In this document: positions 27,838 through 37,744 of the stretch, one piece after another | Numbering within the stretch: the first letter of the stretch is position 1 | Layout: each line of letters starts with the position of its first letter | NCBI GenBank assembly: GCA_965249615.1 | Contig: CBDFMI010000005.1 | Span: 519,462-583,461, forward strand | From: a bacterium | GTDB taxonomy: Bacteria; UBA8248; JACPRG01; G963555815 | Length of the DNA stretch: 64,000 nt | Reading direction: 5' to 3' | Made by a program: the position numbers and the translations under genes | The notes under the pieces: model-generated | What the model was told of the DNA's origin: nothing | The model's database searches: none | What the model saw: the letters and a program-made list of their open reading frames with translations, nothing else

Positions 27838-29210
27838 AAATCCTCTCTAGAGCCCGCCTCGACCAGGTCCACGAGCGGAGCCACGGCAGTCCCCCGGACG
27901 TTCTTCTCCCCCACCGCTTCCACGCAGACATGGACACATTCGTTCATCCAGGCGTCCGGTCCCGCCGTCAGCACCTCGATGTAATTGTCCGTGAGACCTC
28001 TCAGGAGGCCCGTCCTCTTGTCCCGCGTGTGTTCGATGAGGACCGTGACGGTCTTGCCCAAATGGGTCTCAAAGAAAACCTGCTGCTTTTTCCGTCCGAG
28101 CTCCCGCAGTCGGGCGGCCCGTTCCGTTTTGACTTTAGAGGGAACTTGTTCCATTTTCGCCGCCGGCGTATTCCGCCTGGTGGAGTAGGGGAAGACGTGA
28201 AGGTAGGTGATAGGGAGGCGGTCGATCAGGGCGAGGGTCTCCTCGAAGGCTCTTTGGCTCTCCTCTGGGAACCCGGCGATGACGTCCGCTCCGATCCCCA
28301 CCGTCGGCATTTTCTCTTTGATGCGGAGCAATCGCTCCGCATAGAAGTCAGATGAGTAGGGCCGGCGCATAGACCGGAGAACGCCGTCGTCCCCGCTTTG
28401 AAGGGGGATGTGGAAGTGGGGGCAAATGCACGGCGTCTCGGCGCATCGGTCAATGAGGTGATTTGGGATCTCCCAGGGATTCAGAGAGCTGATTCGAAGG
28501 CGTTTGAGTCCTTGGATCTCCCCGAGCTGTTCCACCAGGACCGCGAGGTCCGTCTTAGGCAAAAGATCCCACCCATAACTGCCCAGGTCCACCCCCGTTA
28601 GCACGACTTCCCGATGGCCCGAGGCCACCAGGGTCTTGACTTGCTCGACCACGACCAGAGGCGAGAGGCTGCGGCTAGGGCCCCTGGCCAGAGTGATGGC
28701 GCAGAAGGAACAGCGGAAATTGCACCCGTCCTGAATTTTCAGAAAGGCCCGGGTGTGCCCCGCGAATATCTGCAGAGGAAGGGAAGTGAAGTTTCTCGTC
28801 CTCGCTATGTCTCCCACCTCGACCACCGGTTCTCCAAGCGGACGCTTCCCAAAGCCGTTCGTCCCGACGAAGGCGTCGAGCCGCTCAGCCAGATGGAGTT
28901 TTTCCTGGTTCCCGAGGATCAGATCGACCCCTTCCAGGCGCGCCGCCTCCCTTTGGCTGGCCTGGGGGTAGCAGCCGGCCAGGACGACGAGGGCCTCCTC
29001 ATTCCTCTTCACCGCCCGGCGGGCCAGCTGTCGCGAGCGACAGTCGCTCTTTCCCGTCACGGTACAGGTGTTGATCACGTAAACGTCGGCCAGGTCTTCG
29101 AAGGAGACCACTCGGTAGCCTTTTGCCCGGAGGGACTCCTCCATGGCCGCCGTCTCGAACTGGTTCATGCGGCAACCAAGCGTGTCTAGGGCGACACGAA
29201 GACCCGTCAT
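27828..29210 (-). CDS. mtaB: tRNA methylthiotransferase, MtaB/MiaB-like radical SAM
   Basis: 460 aa. MTTase N-domain (VINTCTVT), radical SAM CNFRCSFCAI motif, and a TRAM-like C-terminus. Confidence 0.8.
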   Translation of the reverse strand: MTGLRVALDTLGCRMNQFETAAMEESLRAKGYRVVSFEDLADVYVINTCTVTGKSDCRSRQLARRAVKRNEEALVVLAGCYPQASQREAARLEGVDLILGNQEKLHLAERLDAFVGTNGFGKRPLGEPVVEVGDIARTRNFTSLPLQIFAGHTRAFLKIQDGCNFRCSFCAITLARGPSRSLSPLVVVEQVKTLVASGHREVVLTGVDLGSYGWDLLPKTDLAVLVEQLGEIQGLKRLRISSLNPWEIPNHLIDRCAETPCICPHFHIPLQSGDDGVLRSMRRPYSSDFYAERLLRIKEKMPTVGIGADVIAGFPEESQRAFEETLALIDRLPITYLHVFPYSTRRNTPAAKMEQVPSKVKTERAARLRELGRKKQQVFFETHLGKTVTVLIEHTRDKRTGLLRGLTDNYIEVLTAGPDAWMNECVHVCVEAVGEKNVRGTAVAPLVDLVEAGSREDFCP

Positions 29211-29472
29211 CTCAACTCCTGGCTAAGCAGATCGCTTCCAAAAAAGACCTTGACTGACTCGGTTGAGCACCGTATCTAGTCTAGCATGACTGAAAGGGCT
29301 TTATTGATCTTGTCAGTGTCGCCGAGGGACCAAGGTCATTCTCCTTAACCCCTCCACCCCTAAAGCCTTTTCTGTGATAATAATCTAACAACAGGACGTC
29401 AAGATGGGCATCTCGGGAAATCTCCGTCGCTCGATTGATGATGCAGAGGCTGTCGCCGAGGACAGGTGTTAA

Positions 29473-30372
29473 ATGTCTTCTCCGGTTTTTGGCACCATCG
29501 AAGAAGTTCAAGATCGTCTCAAGGACGAAAAGTACATCGCGGATCGGGCCCTCTCGACGACGGTCTTTCTTTCGATCCAGATGGGCAAGCCCATCTTCCT
29601 CGAGGGGGAGGCCGGGGTCGGCAAGACCGATGTGGCAAAGGTCTTGGCCCGGATCGCAGACACCCGCCTCATCCGTCTCCAATGCTACGAGGGACTGGAT
29701 GCCAACACCGCCCTCTATGAGTGGAATTACGCCAAACAGCTCCTTCGAATCAAACTCTCGGAGGGTCAAAAGGGCTCGCGGGAGGAGCTAGAGGGAAGCA
29801 TCTTCAGCCCCGACTTCCTCATCAAACGACCTCTTCTTGAAGCCATCCAGAGCGACAACGACAAACCCCCCGTCCTCCTCATCGACGAGGTGGACCGAAG
29901 TGACGAAGAGTTCGAGGCCTTTCTCCTGGAGGTCTTGGCCGATTTCCAAATCACGATCCCGGAAATCGGGACCATCAGCGCCCACCACAAACCTCACGTA
30001 ATCCTCACCTCAAACCGAACCCGGGATGTCCACGACGCCCTCAAACGCCGCTGCCTCTACCTCTGGATCGATTACCCGACCTTCGACAAAGAGTTGGAAA
30101 TCGTGACGACCAAGGTCCCCGGGATCGGCGAGGAGCTGGCGCGGCAGATCTGCAACTTCATGCAGGGATTCCGCGAAATGGACTTTTACAAGAAGCCCGG
30201 GATCGCCGAGACCCTTGACTGGGCCGCGGCCCTCCTCACCCTTCACCGCTCGGAGCTGGATCGGGCGGCGGTCGAAGACACCCTGGGCACCATCTTCAAG
30301 TATCAGGAAGACGTCCTCCGGGCCCGGGACGAGGCCGTCCCCATGCTCTTTGGTCGCTACGCCGAGGACTAA
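29473..30372 (+). CDS. MoxR-family AAA+ ATPase (CoxD-like)
   Basis: 299 aa. Walker A GEAGVGKT and Walker B LLIDEVDR. Confidence 0.85.
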   Translation: MSSPVFGTIEEVQDRLKDEKYIADRALSTTVFLSIQMGKPIFLEGEAGVGKTDVAKVLARIADTRLIRLQCYEGLDANTALYEWNYAKQLLRIKLSEGQKGSREELEGSIFSPDFLIKRPLLEAIQSDNDKPPVLLIDEVDRSDEEFEAFLLEVLADFQITIPEIGTISAHHKPHVILTSNRTRDVHDALKRRCLYLWIDYPTFDKELEIVTTKVPGIGEELARQICNFMQGFREMDFYKKPGIAETLDWAAALLTLHRSELDRAAVEDTLGTIFKYQEDVLRARDEAVPMLFGRYAED

Positions 30373-30375
30373 GAC

Positions 30376-31666
30376 CGTGCTCAAAGGCCAGGCCCGGCCA
30401 GCAGGAGACAAAAATCCTCTCTGGTCCTCCTCGAGATCCGACCGAGGAAACAATTTTAGCCAAAATTTTCTCCTCTTCTGCCGGGCGCTCAGAGACCGCA
30501 AGGTCAAGGTGACGACGGGCCGGATCATCGATAGCTACCGGAGCTTTCACCACATCGACCTGACGCAAAAGAGTGACTTCTATGTAGCCACCTGCGCCAA
30601 TCTTGTTTCCAACCAGAACGAGTTGAAGATCTTCGACGACGTCTTTCGAGAGTTCTGGGACCTCGAAGATTTTCGTCCCGATGACCCAGAAGAAAATGCC
30701 CCGGGACGGGAGTCCGCCGGTCTCGGACCCGAGAGCTGCGACACCGAAGACCAAGAACCGGGTGGTGAGGACCAAGGTGAGACGGGGGAAGGAGACCCCC
30801 AGGGTGAAGGGGAAGAAGAGATCTTCCACATGCCGGAAGAAGCACCCGATGCCCAGGGGGAGGACACGGGTCCCAGGGGGGACAACAACTCCCCGAGCTA
30901 TAGCCCCCATGAGGCCCTCTCCGTCAAGGATTTCGGCAGTTTCAAGGGCGAGGAAGTGGAAGAGATCCGAAGGCTCATCGCCAAGCTGGCCCCCAAGCTG
31001 GCGACCCGCCTCGGCCGCCGCAAGCAGGCAACCCACCGAAGGAAGCTCATCGATTTTCGGCGCACCATCAGAAAGAACCTGCGCTACGGCGGGGAAGTGG
31101 TGAGGCTATTTCACCGCAGACGGAAGATCAAAAAGAACGAGCTCGTTCTCCTTTGCGACGTGAGCGGCTCCATGGACGCCTACAGCCAGTTTTTGATCCA
31201 GTTCATCCATGGGCTTCAAAACGAGATTCGGAACGTCCAAACGGCGGTCTTCAGCACCCGCCTCACAGTCGCCACCCCCTACCTCAAAGAGCGATACCTC
31301 CAAAAGGCCCTCGCCCGCCTGTCCGAGCGGGTCCACGACTGGTCCGGCGGGACCAACATCGGGGGATGCCTCAAGACCTTCAACGAGCGCTGGGGGAACA
31401 TGATGGTGTCCAAACACACCACCGTCATCCTCATCAGCGACGGCTGGGATCGAGGTGACATTAAGACGCTGGACCTGGAGCTTCGAAGGCTCCGAAACCG
31501 ATGCCGACGCCTCGTCTGGCTGAACCCCCTCCTGGGAAGCCCGGGCTACAAGCCCATCGACCGGGGGATGAAGACGGCGCTCCCCTACATCAACAAGGGT
31601 TGTTTCCTCCCGGCCCACAACCTCCAGTCCCTCGAAAAACTCGTCGAAGTCCTGAGATTGAACTAA
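30376..31666 (+). CDS. VWA domain protein (CoxE-like), partner of MoxR
   Basis: Conserved CoxE-like N-terminus NFLLFCRALRDRKVKV. Acidic low-complexity linker. C-terminal VWA with LCDVSGSM MIDAS motif. Start set at the GTG at 30376, just after the moxR stop; the ORF track starts at 30215, overlapping moxR. Confidence 0.7.
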
Positions 31667-31730
31667 GAAGCCCCGATGGTGGAGGGCTTGCACACCCTTG
31701 GTCTGAGACGATGAGACGGGGGAGGTGGTA

Positions 31731-33446
31731 TTAATTCAGCCAGAAGGTCATGCCCGCATACGGACTGGTGATAATGCGATCCAGGTGGGCAAATTCGCGA
31801 TCAAAGAGATGGACCGCTTCGGCGTGTTCCAGGTCCCGCCTCTCCCGCGGCTCCCTGGAATAGATCCGGGCGAGGCGCTCCCCGTCATCAAATATGCTCC
31901 CGGCCAAGTGATAACGGTCCACGACCTCCTGAAGCTCGTCCAACACGGGGCCCTTCTCCAGTAAAACGATGTAATCCACGGGCGGGTCGGGCCGAAAATT
32001 TTCGAGGGCGAAAAGACGCTTTCGTTTCGGGTCTCCGCACTCGCACCGGACGGTCCCCAGGTAGAACTCGGCGAGGATCGGGTCGTCATTGATGTACACC
32101 CGGCTATCTGGCCCCCCATACTTGCGAATCCAGTAGCCAGCCGACTTCGTGCCCCGGTATTGGCGAGTCCAGCCAAGGGCCCCCTGCCCTTCCGCCTTGA
32201 CATACCAGGCCTGGTTGGGGGTGCGGAAGAGGTAGTTCACCGCCAGGGCCCCCGAGGTCCCCTCGGCCAGGACCAGGGCCGTCACCACAACGGCGCCCCA
32301 CCTCGCCCACCGACCGTGTGCGCGCATGCCCCGCACCAGAAAGTCGGCCGAGAGGAGAAACACCGCAATTCCACACGTGGCGATGAGGTGAACCGGCTGG
32401 GCAGAGAAAACCCCCAGAAAGGGAAGGCCCAGCAGGATGGACCACCAGACCAGAAGACCCCGCACATTAAAGCGGACGACGGCCGGGAGGTTTCGGAGAA
32501 ATGCCGCCAGGGCGACGAGGATCAGGCCGAAACCGAACGCGCTGCCGAAGACGCCGAGAGTGGCGGGCGTAAAGTTCATCGGCCGCCTGTGACCAAATGA
32601 CCAGGCCAACAGTCCCACCAGCTCGCCCCGCTGGAGGGCCACCGCAAAGAAACCCAACTGAAGGGCAATGACAATCAGAGGAAGTATGCCCCACCATATC
32701 AGGGCCGTCTCGCGTTTAAAGGCCAGCACTCTCTTCAGGGTCACCCGGGTCCCTTCGCCTGCGGCTTCCTGCCGCATGTGCATCCATCCGAAATAGACCA
32801 GCACCAGAAGCGTAAACGCAAACCCATTGTTGGAGAGCACCTCCAGGCTGAGCAGAATGCTCACCAGGGCGGCCCAGATCCACTTCCGGGTGGAGAAGAG
32901 CCGCTCGGCGGCCAAAAAGAGCAACACCTGGATGAAGAAGATCCCCACCATGGGGTGATTGATCCGGGAGACGGCGATGTGGTAGGCGGCCAAGGCCCCG
33001 AAGAGGGCGGCCAGGAGACCCGTCTCTGCGTCGAACCACCGCCTTCCCAAAAAGTAGAGCCCCAGGAGGGAGAGGGTCCCGACCACCGCATAGGGGAGGA
33101 AGAGGAAAAACTCTCGAACGGGAACCCCAAGGAGGTTCAGGACGTTAAGATTGATGAACTGGATGAGGGGAGCGCTGGCCCCGTTGTAGTAGATAAAGAG
33201 CTGAGCCAGAAAATTCTCGATCCAGGGCCCCCCCGGCAGGAACCGGGCTTGGGTCAGGCGAAAGCCCGCCAGCAGGGGGTTGACTTCGTCATGGTTGGTG
33301 TCCACCACTCGGTCGAGACCGAACAGCCGCAGCCCGAAGGCCACCAGAAGCAGCAACACGAGGAGCCAGACCCCATATCGCTCCAGAAAGCGAGAGACAG
33401 CACCTCCTGTCCCGCCGACAACTGGGTTTTCGGACCTAAGGGACAC
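31731..33446 (-). CDS. polytopic membrane protein, GT-C fold glycosyltransferase-like
   Basis: 571 aa. Many TM segments followed by a C-terminal soluble domain, an architecture like PMT_2/ArnT-type enzymes. GTG start at 33446. Confidence 0.45.
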   Translation of the reverse strand: MSLRSENPVVGGTGGAVSRFLERYGVWLLVLLLLVAFGLRLFGLDRVVDTNHDEVNPLLAGFRLTQARFLPGGPWIENFLAQLFIYYNGASAPLIQFINLNVLNLLGVPVREFFLFLPYAVVGTLSLLGLYFLGRRWFDAETGLLAALFGALAAYHIAVSRINHPMVGIFFIQVLLFLAAERLFSTRKWIWAALVSILLSLEVLSNNGFAFTLLVLVYFGWMHMRQEAAGEGTRVTLKRVLAFKRETALIWWGILPLIVIALQLGFFAVALQRGELVGLLAWSFGHRRPMNFTPATLGVFGSAFGFGLILVALAAFLRNLPAVVRFNVRGLLVWWSILLGLPFLGVFSAQPVHLIATCGIAVFLLSADFLVRGMRAHGRWARWGAVVVTALVLAEGTSGALAVNYLFRTPNQAWYVKAEGQGALGWTRQYRGTKSAGYWIRKYGGPDSRVYINDDPILAEFYLGTVRCECGDPKRKRLFALENFRPDPPVDYIVLLEKGPVLDELQEVVDRYHLAGSIFDDGERLARIYSREPRERRDLEHAEAVHLFDREFAHLDRIITSPYAGMTFWLN

Positions 33447-34744
33447 CGCTTGCCTCCTCTCTCACCGCCCGCGCGTGGAGAGCGACCAGGGCGACCAGCA
33501 GAAGCATCCCGCCGAGCCCCGGCCCCCCCCCAAAGCTTCCAGGTGTCCAGCGCCACAGGAGGGGACGCACTGAACCACCAGTCGATGAGGCGCATCGGGA
33601 TGATGGGGCCCATCATAAGGTATGAGACGGCCAGGACAATGGCCCACGCCACGCGCGTGCGGCGTTTGTCCGCTTGACGCGCCCCACCCGCCGCCTCCCG
33701 CACCAGGTGGATGGCGGCCGCCGAAAGCCCGGGCAGCGCAAAGGCCAGATAGTACGTTTGATTGCGATTCACCAGCATCGCCATGACCGTCAGGAGAAGC
33801 CCGCCCTCCAGGGAGATTAGGCCGGGCCTCGTGGAGGGGAAGTACCGGATCACGTAGAGCGCCAGGGCGGCCAGCACCGCCAGGTTTAGCCATCCCGCCC
33901 AGCGGCGGACCCGAGCAGAGTCGCGGATCTCCAGAAAACCTCCCTCCAGCTGCTTCACAACAAAGGGGCGCTGGAGCAGGTTCACCAAGGCCTGGTTATT
34001 GATGTGGGTCGTCGCGTGTCCCTGGCCGAAGGTCGTGACGCGATATTCCTGCAACGTACTGGACCGAGACCAGGGAAGCGCCAGCTGCAAGGCGAGGAAG
34101 ACCACAGCCGAGACCGCAACGGCCGCCCCCAGGGCCGCCCACCGCCGTTTCCACGCCAGGTAGGGGAAAAAGATGGCGGGCAGGAATTTTAGGGACGCGG
34201 CCAAGCCGATGGCCGCCCCTCCAGAGATCTGACGCCCCCAATAGGCAAAGGCCCAGATGATGAGAAAGAGTTCGAGAACCTCGATGGCACGCTGGCCGAA
34301 GGCCGCGTGAAGGGGCGTGAAGTTCAACCAAACAACTGCCACGAGGAACCACTCCCACCTACTCGAAAGACGGAGCACTCTTCGTCCCCACAGCCAAAAG
34401 GCAGCCGCGGCGCCGGTCCACAGCCCAAGATGTGTCAGAAGGTCAATGACCCGGTAGGAGGTCAGGAAGGTCAAGGGAAAGGTGATCAGGTGGAACCCGG
34501 GGCCGTAGTTCCACCACCCTTGCACGCTGACGTGGCCGGCGCCGAAGATAGCCTCCTGAAGAAGTAAGGGGTTGTAGGACTGGACAAAAGGGCCGGGGAA
34601 GGCCGAATAAAAATCGCCTGTAATGAAGCGGGTGGGGGAGAAGACCCCACCAAAAGCAAATCGAAGAAGACTATAGGCCAGAACAGCAATCCAGAGTGTC
34701 CGTGCCCACCTTTGGCCATCTACCATTCTTTTTATGTCTCTCAC
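33436..34744 (-). CDS. DUF2029 / GT87-like membrane glycosyltransferase, with apparent frameshift at the G9 run 33523-33531
   Basis: The ORF track gives 33254..34744, whose last about 90 aa are low-complexity and overlap the next gene. Removing one G from the G9 run gives the C-terminus ...WKLWGGPGLGGMLLLVALVALHARAVREEASGVP-stop at 33436, 10 nt before the downstream GTG. Confidence 0.55.
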
Positions 34745-34942
34745 AATTCATCCATCCATCCCTCATTCCGGCGACTCGGCCAGGGGAGAGACGGCAAAAA
34801 AGCGGTTCAGATAATATCACCGGAGGGGAAAGATCACTAGAGGTGCAGACCAAAATCAGGAATGCGTGGGGAAATTTTCGGGAAGTTGCACGGCGACTGG
34901 GTAGAACCATATATTGGGGCATGAGTCGGATCCCCGTCACCC

Positions 34943-35644
34943 GTGGGCTCACCTATGGCTAAGCGTCCCCTCAAAGCCTTGCTCATCAGCCAGGACACAG
35001 CGCTGGCCAAGGCACTGGGCCGCGCACTAGAGCCTCTGGGGTTGACCGTCTTGAAGTCGTCACCCCCCCTGGGAGCGCGAGGGAAGATCTCGTGGGGAGC
35101 GGGGTTGAAAGACGACAACTCTCTTCTCATCGTGGACGGTCGAGACTACCTTGCCGGCTTTATCGGCACCCCCGGGGCGAACGGCCAAGCCCCCCCTACC
35201 CTCCTCCTGTTGAAAGAGGAAATGCTGTCGACGATCAGGGAACCCCTCCATGTGGATGAGGTGATCGTCCTGCCCCTTCGTCCTGGAGAAGTGAAACTTC
35301 GGGTCGGCCGGCTACTTGGAGAACGGGCTTACGGTCAAAGATTAGAGTCTTCTTCTGAGGGACCGGGGGGTCTTTCGCTGAACGCCGACCGCTACGAGAT
35401 CACCCTCGACGGGATTCCCCTTGAGCTGACGTATCTGGAATTCGAACTCCTCAAGTACTTGATGACCCATCCCGAGCGGACCCTGACGCGCGAGCACCTC
35501 TTGAACCAGGTCTGGGGCGAAAATTACCTCGGAGGCACCCGCACGGTAGACGTTCACATCCGCCGCCTTCGGGCGAAGCTGGAGCGGGGAAACCGGGATT
35601 TCATCAAGACGGTTCGTGGGGTGGGATATCAGTTCTTGGAGTGA
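34943..35644 (+). CDS. OmpR/PhoB-family winged-helix transcriptional regulator with atypical receiver domain
   Basis: The C-terminus (YEITLDGIPLELTYLEFELLKYLMTHPERTLTREHLLNQVWG...VDVHIRRLRAKLE) is a clear trans_reg_C wHTH. The N-terminal receiver-like part lacks the usual acidic pair. Confidence 0.7.
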   Translation: MGSPMAKRPLKALLISQDTALAKALGRALEPLGLTVLKSSPPLGARGKISWGAGLKDDNSLLIVDGRDYLAGFIGTPGANGQAPPTLLLLKEEMLSTIREPLHVDEVIVLPLRPGEVKLRVGRLLGERAYGQRLESSSEGPGGLSLNADRYEITLDGIPLELTYLEFELLKYLMTHPERTLTREHLLNQVWGENYLGGTRTVDVHIRRLRAKLERGNRDFIKTVRGVGYQFLE

Positions 35645-35771
35645 TAGGACCCCTCGGTGGGTCGATTTAATAAGAATTTAATCTCCCTGTAACCCCCCTG
35701 AAACATTCTCCTCTTAGACTGTGGGTGTGTGAGTTTAAGCATCCGCCGCCCTAGATAGAGGAGAAGCCTGC

Positions 35772-37166
35772 ATGGCCACTCGGACGTCCCGTCGCGCGAC
35801 TGCCACCGGTCAGAAATCTCTTCAGGGCTCTAAACCCAAGGCGAAGGACAAGGAATATGTCCTGCGCATGGCCAAAGAACACAACGTCAAGTTCATCCGT
35901 TTCTGGTTCACCGACGTCCTGGGGTTCTTGAAGAGCTTTGCCATCACCCAGGACGAGCTGGAGATATCTATATACGAAGGGCAGGGGTTTGACGGCTCCT
36001 CTATCCAAGGGTTCGCGCGCATTGATGAGAGCGACATGGTGGCCATGCCGAATCCCACCACCTTCCGGATCCTCCCTTGGAGGAATCGAGAGGAGAGTGC
36101 TGTGGCCCGGATGTTCTGCGACGTCCTGAACCCGGAAGGCACGCCCTATGTGGGAGACCCCCGCCACGTCCTCAAGCGAAACCTGAAGAAGGCCGCGGAC
36201 CTTGGGTACAACTTTTATGTGGGCCCTGAACTCGAGTACTTCTACTTCAAGAACGCCGAGGGGACTGAAACCCTGGACCACGGGGGCTATTTTGATCTCA
36301 CCCCCCTCGATGTCGCCAGCGACCTTCGGCGGGATACGGTCCTCACCCTTCAGGCCATGGGGATCGATGTCGAATACAGCCATCACGAGGTGGGCCCCAG
36401 CCAACACGAGATTGACCTTCGCTATACCGACGCCCTCACCATGGCCGACAATGCCATGACCTACCGCTTGGTGGTCAAAGAGGTGGCCCTAAAACACAAC
36501 GTCTACGCCACTTTTATGCCAAAACCCCTCTCCGGCGAGAACGGCAGTGGCATGCACACCCACATGTCCCTCTTTCGGGGATCAAAGAACGCCTTCTTTG
36601 ATCCCAAGGACCAAGACAGCCTCTCCCCCATTGCCAGAGGGTTCATCGCCGGTCTGATGCGACATATCCCCGAGATCACCCTGGTCCTAAACCAGTGGGT
36701 GAACTCCTACAAGCGGCTCACACCGGGCTACGAGGCCCCCGTCTACATCACCTGGGCCCGGCGAAACCGTTCGGACCTTATCCGGGTCCCCGTCTATAAG
36801 CCCGGCAAAGAACAGGCGACCCGCGTCGAGGTCCGCTCTCCCGATCCCGCCTGCAACCCCTACCTTGCCTTCGCCGTCATGCTGGCGGCCGGCTTGGAGG
36901 GGATTCAAAAGGGTTACAAGCTCAAGGAGCCCGTCGAGCACAACGTGTATGAGATGACCCAGAAGGAAAGGGAGAAACTGGGGATCAAGACCCTGCCCTC
37001 AGACCTTCACGAGGCGATCAAACTGGCCGAGGGGAGCAAGTTCCTGCGGGAGTGCCTGGGGGACCACGTCTTCACCAAACTTCTGGAAAACAAGCGGATC
37101 GAATGGGACCGCTACCGGGCCCACGTCTCCAAGTACGAGCTGGACGAATATCTGCCTATTCTCTAG
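35772..37166 (+). CDS. glnA: glutamine synthetase type I
   Basis: 464 aa. KEHNVKFIRFWFTDVLG N-domain and the full catalytic C-domain motifs. Confidence 0.9.
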   Translation: MATRTSRRATATGQKSLQGSKPKAKDKEYVLRMAKEHNVKFIRFWFTDVLGFLKSFAITQDELEISIYEGQGFDGSSIQGFARIDESDMVAMPNPTTFRILPWRNREESAVARMFCDVLNPEGTPYVGDPRHVLKRNLKKAADLGYNFYVGPELEYFYFKNAEGTETLDHGGYFDLTPLDVASDLRRDTVLTLQAMGIDVEYSHHEVGPSQHEIDLRYTDALTMADNAMTYRLVVKEVALKHNVYATFMPKPLSGENGSGMHTHMSLFRGSKNAFFDPKDQDSLSPIARGFIAGLMRHIPEITLVLNQWVNSYKRLTPGYEAPVYITWARRNRSDLIRVPVYKPGKEQATRVEVRSPDPACNPYLAFAVMLAAGLEGIQKGYKLKEPVEHNVYEMTQKEREKLGIKTLPSDLHEAIKLAEGSKFLRECLGDHVFTKLLENKRIEWDRYRAHVSKYELDEYLPIL

Positions 37167-37205
37167 GAGTCCAGAAGGGATTCTCGACGTTTTTTAGGGC
37201 AGGTG

Positions 37206-37472
37206 TCAGGGCGAGACGACGTCCCCTTCGATGGGGTCGACCCGGACGCCCCGGGTTTCCAGGGCCTCGACGGCCCGCTCGATCTCCTCTGGCTGGCCGG
37301 TCAGCTCCAGCTCCACCCAGCCCGATTCGGCCGTCACGTTCGCCCTTCGGATGTTGTAGATCACCTGAAAGGCCTTTCCGATCTCGTGGATATAGGGCCT
37401 TTTCACCTTCTCACTGGGGAAGGTGAGCCGAACCCGGACCCTTGTCGCCGTCTCTTCTTTCACGGTCCCCAT
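37206..37472 (-). CDS. stand-alone NIL-domain protein (paralog A)
   Basis: 88 aa, resembling the C-terminal NIL domain of MetN. Tandem with a second copy. Confidence 0.55.
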   Translation of the reverse strand: MGTVKEETATRVRVRLTFPSEKVKRPYIHEIGKAFQVIYNIRRANVTAESGWVELELTGQPEEIERAVEALETRGVRVDPIEGDVVSP

Positions 37473-37487
37473 TCTCCCCTGCCGAGC

Positions 37488-37730
37488 TTACGAGTCGAGA
37501 TCCTCCTTGCGGGTCTCCTCGGGGCGGACCCCCCTTGACTGAAGATAGGCCATGGCTTTATCGATCTCGCCCTCGCCCCCTTCTATCTCCAGGACTATCA
37601 AGCCCCGCTCGGCATTCACGTACGCCCGGAAAACACTGGTGACGACCTCAAACTGGCGGCCCATCTCATAGATGATAGGCTCCTTGATGAGATCCCCTTC
37701 ATAGGTCAGGGTGATGAATTTTTTGGCCAC
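37488..37730 (-). CDS. stand-alone NIL-domain protein (paralog B)
   Basis: 80 aa. MAKKFITLTYEGDLIKEPIIYEMGRQFEVVTSVFRAYVNAERGLIVLEIEGGEGEIDKAMAYLQSRGV follows the NIL-domain pattern. Confidence 0.55.
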   Translation of the reverse strand: MAKKFITLTYEGDLIKEPIIYEMGRQFEVVTSVFRAYVNAERGLIVLEIEGGEGEIDKAMAYLQSRGVRPEETRKEDLDS

Positions 37731-37744
37731 AGCTTATCCCTCGT

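Noticed and set aside
29281-29769. 162-aa minus-strand ORF
   Set aside because: Overlaps the moxR 5' region in antisense. moxR is strongly supported and this ORF has no recognisable domain.
33254-33446. 190-nt coding overlap between two glycosyltransferase genes
   Set aside because: Explained by the G9 homopolymer frameshift. With eight Gs the upstream gene stops at 33436.
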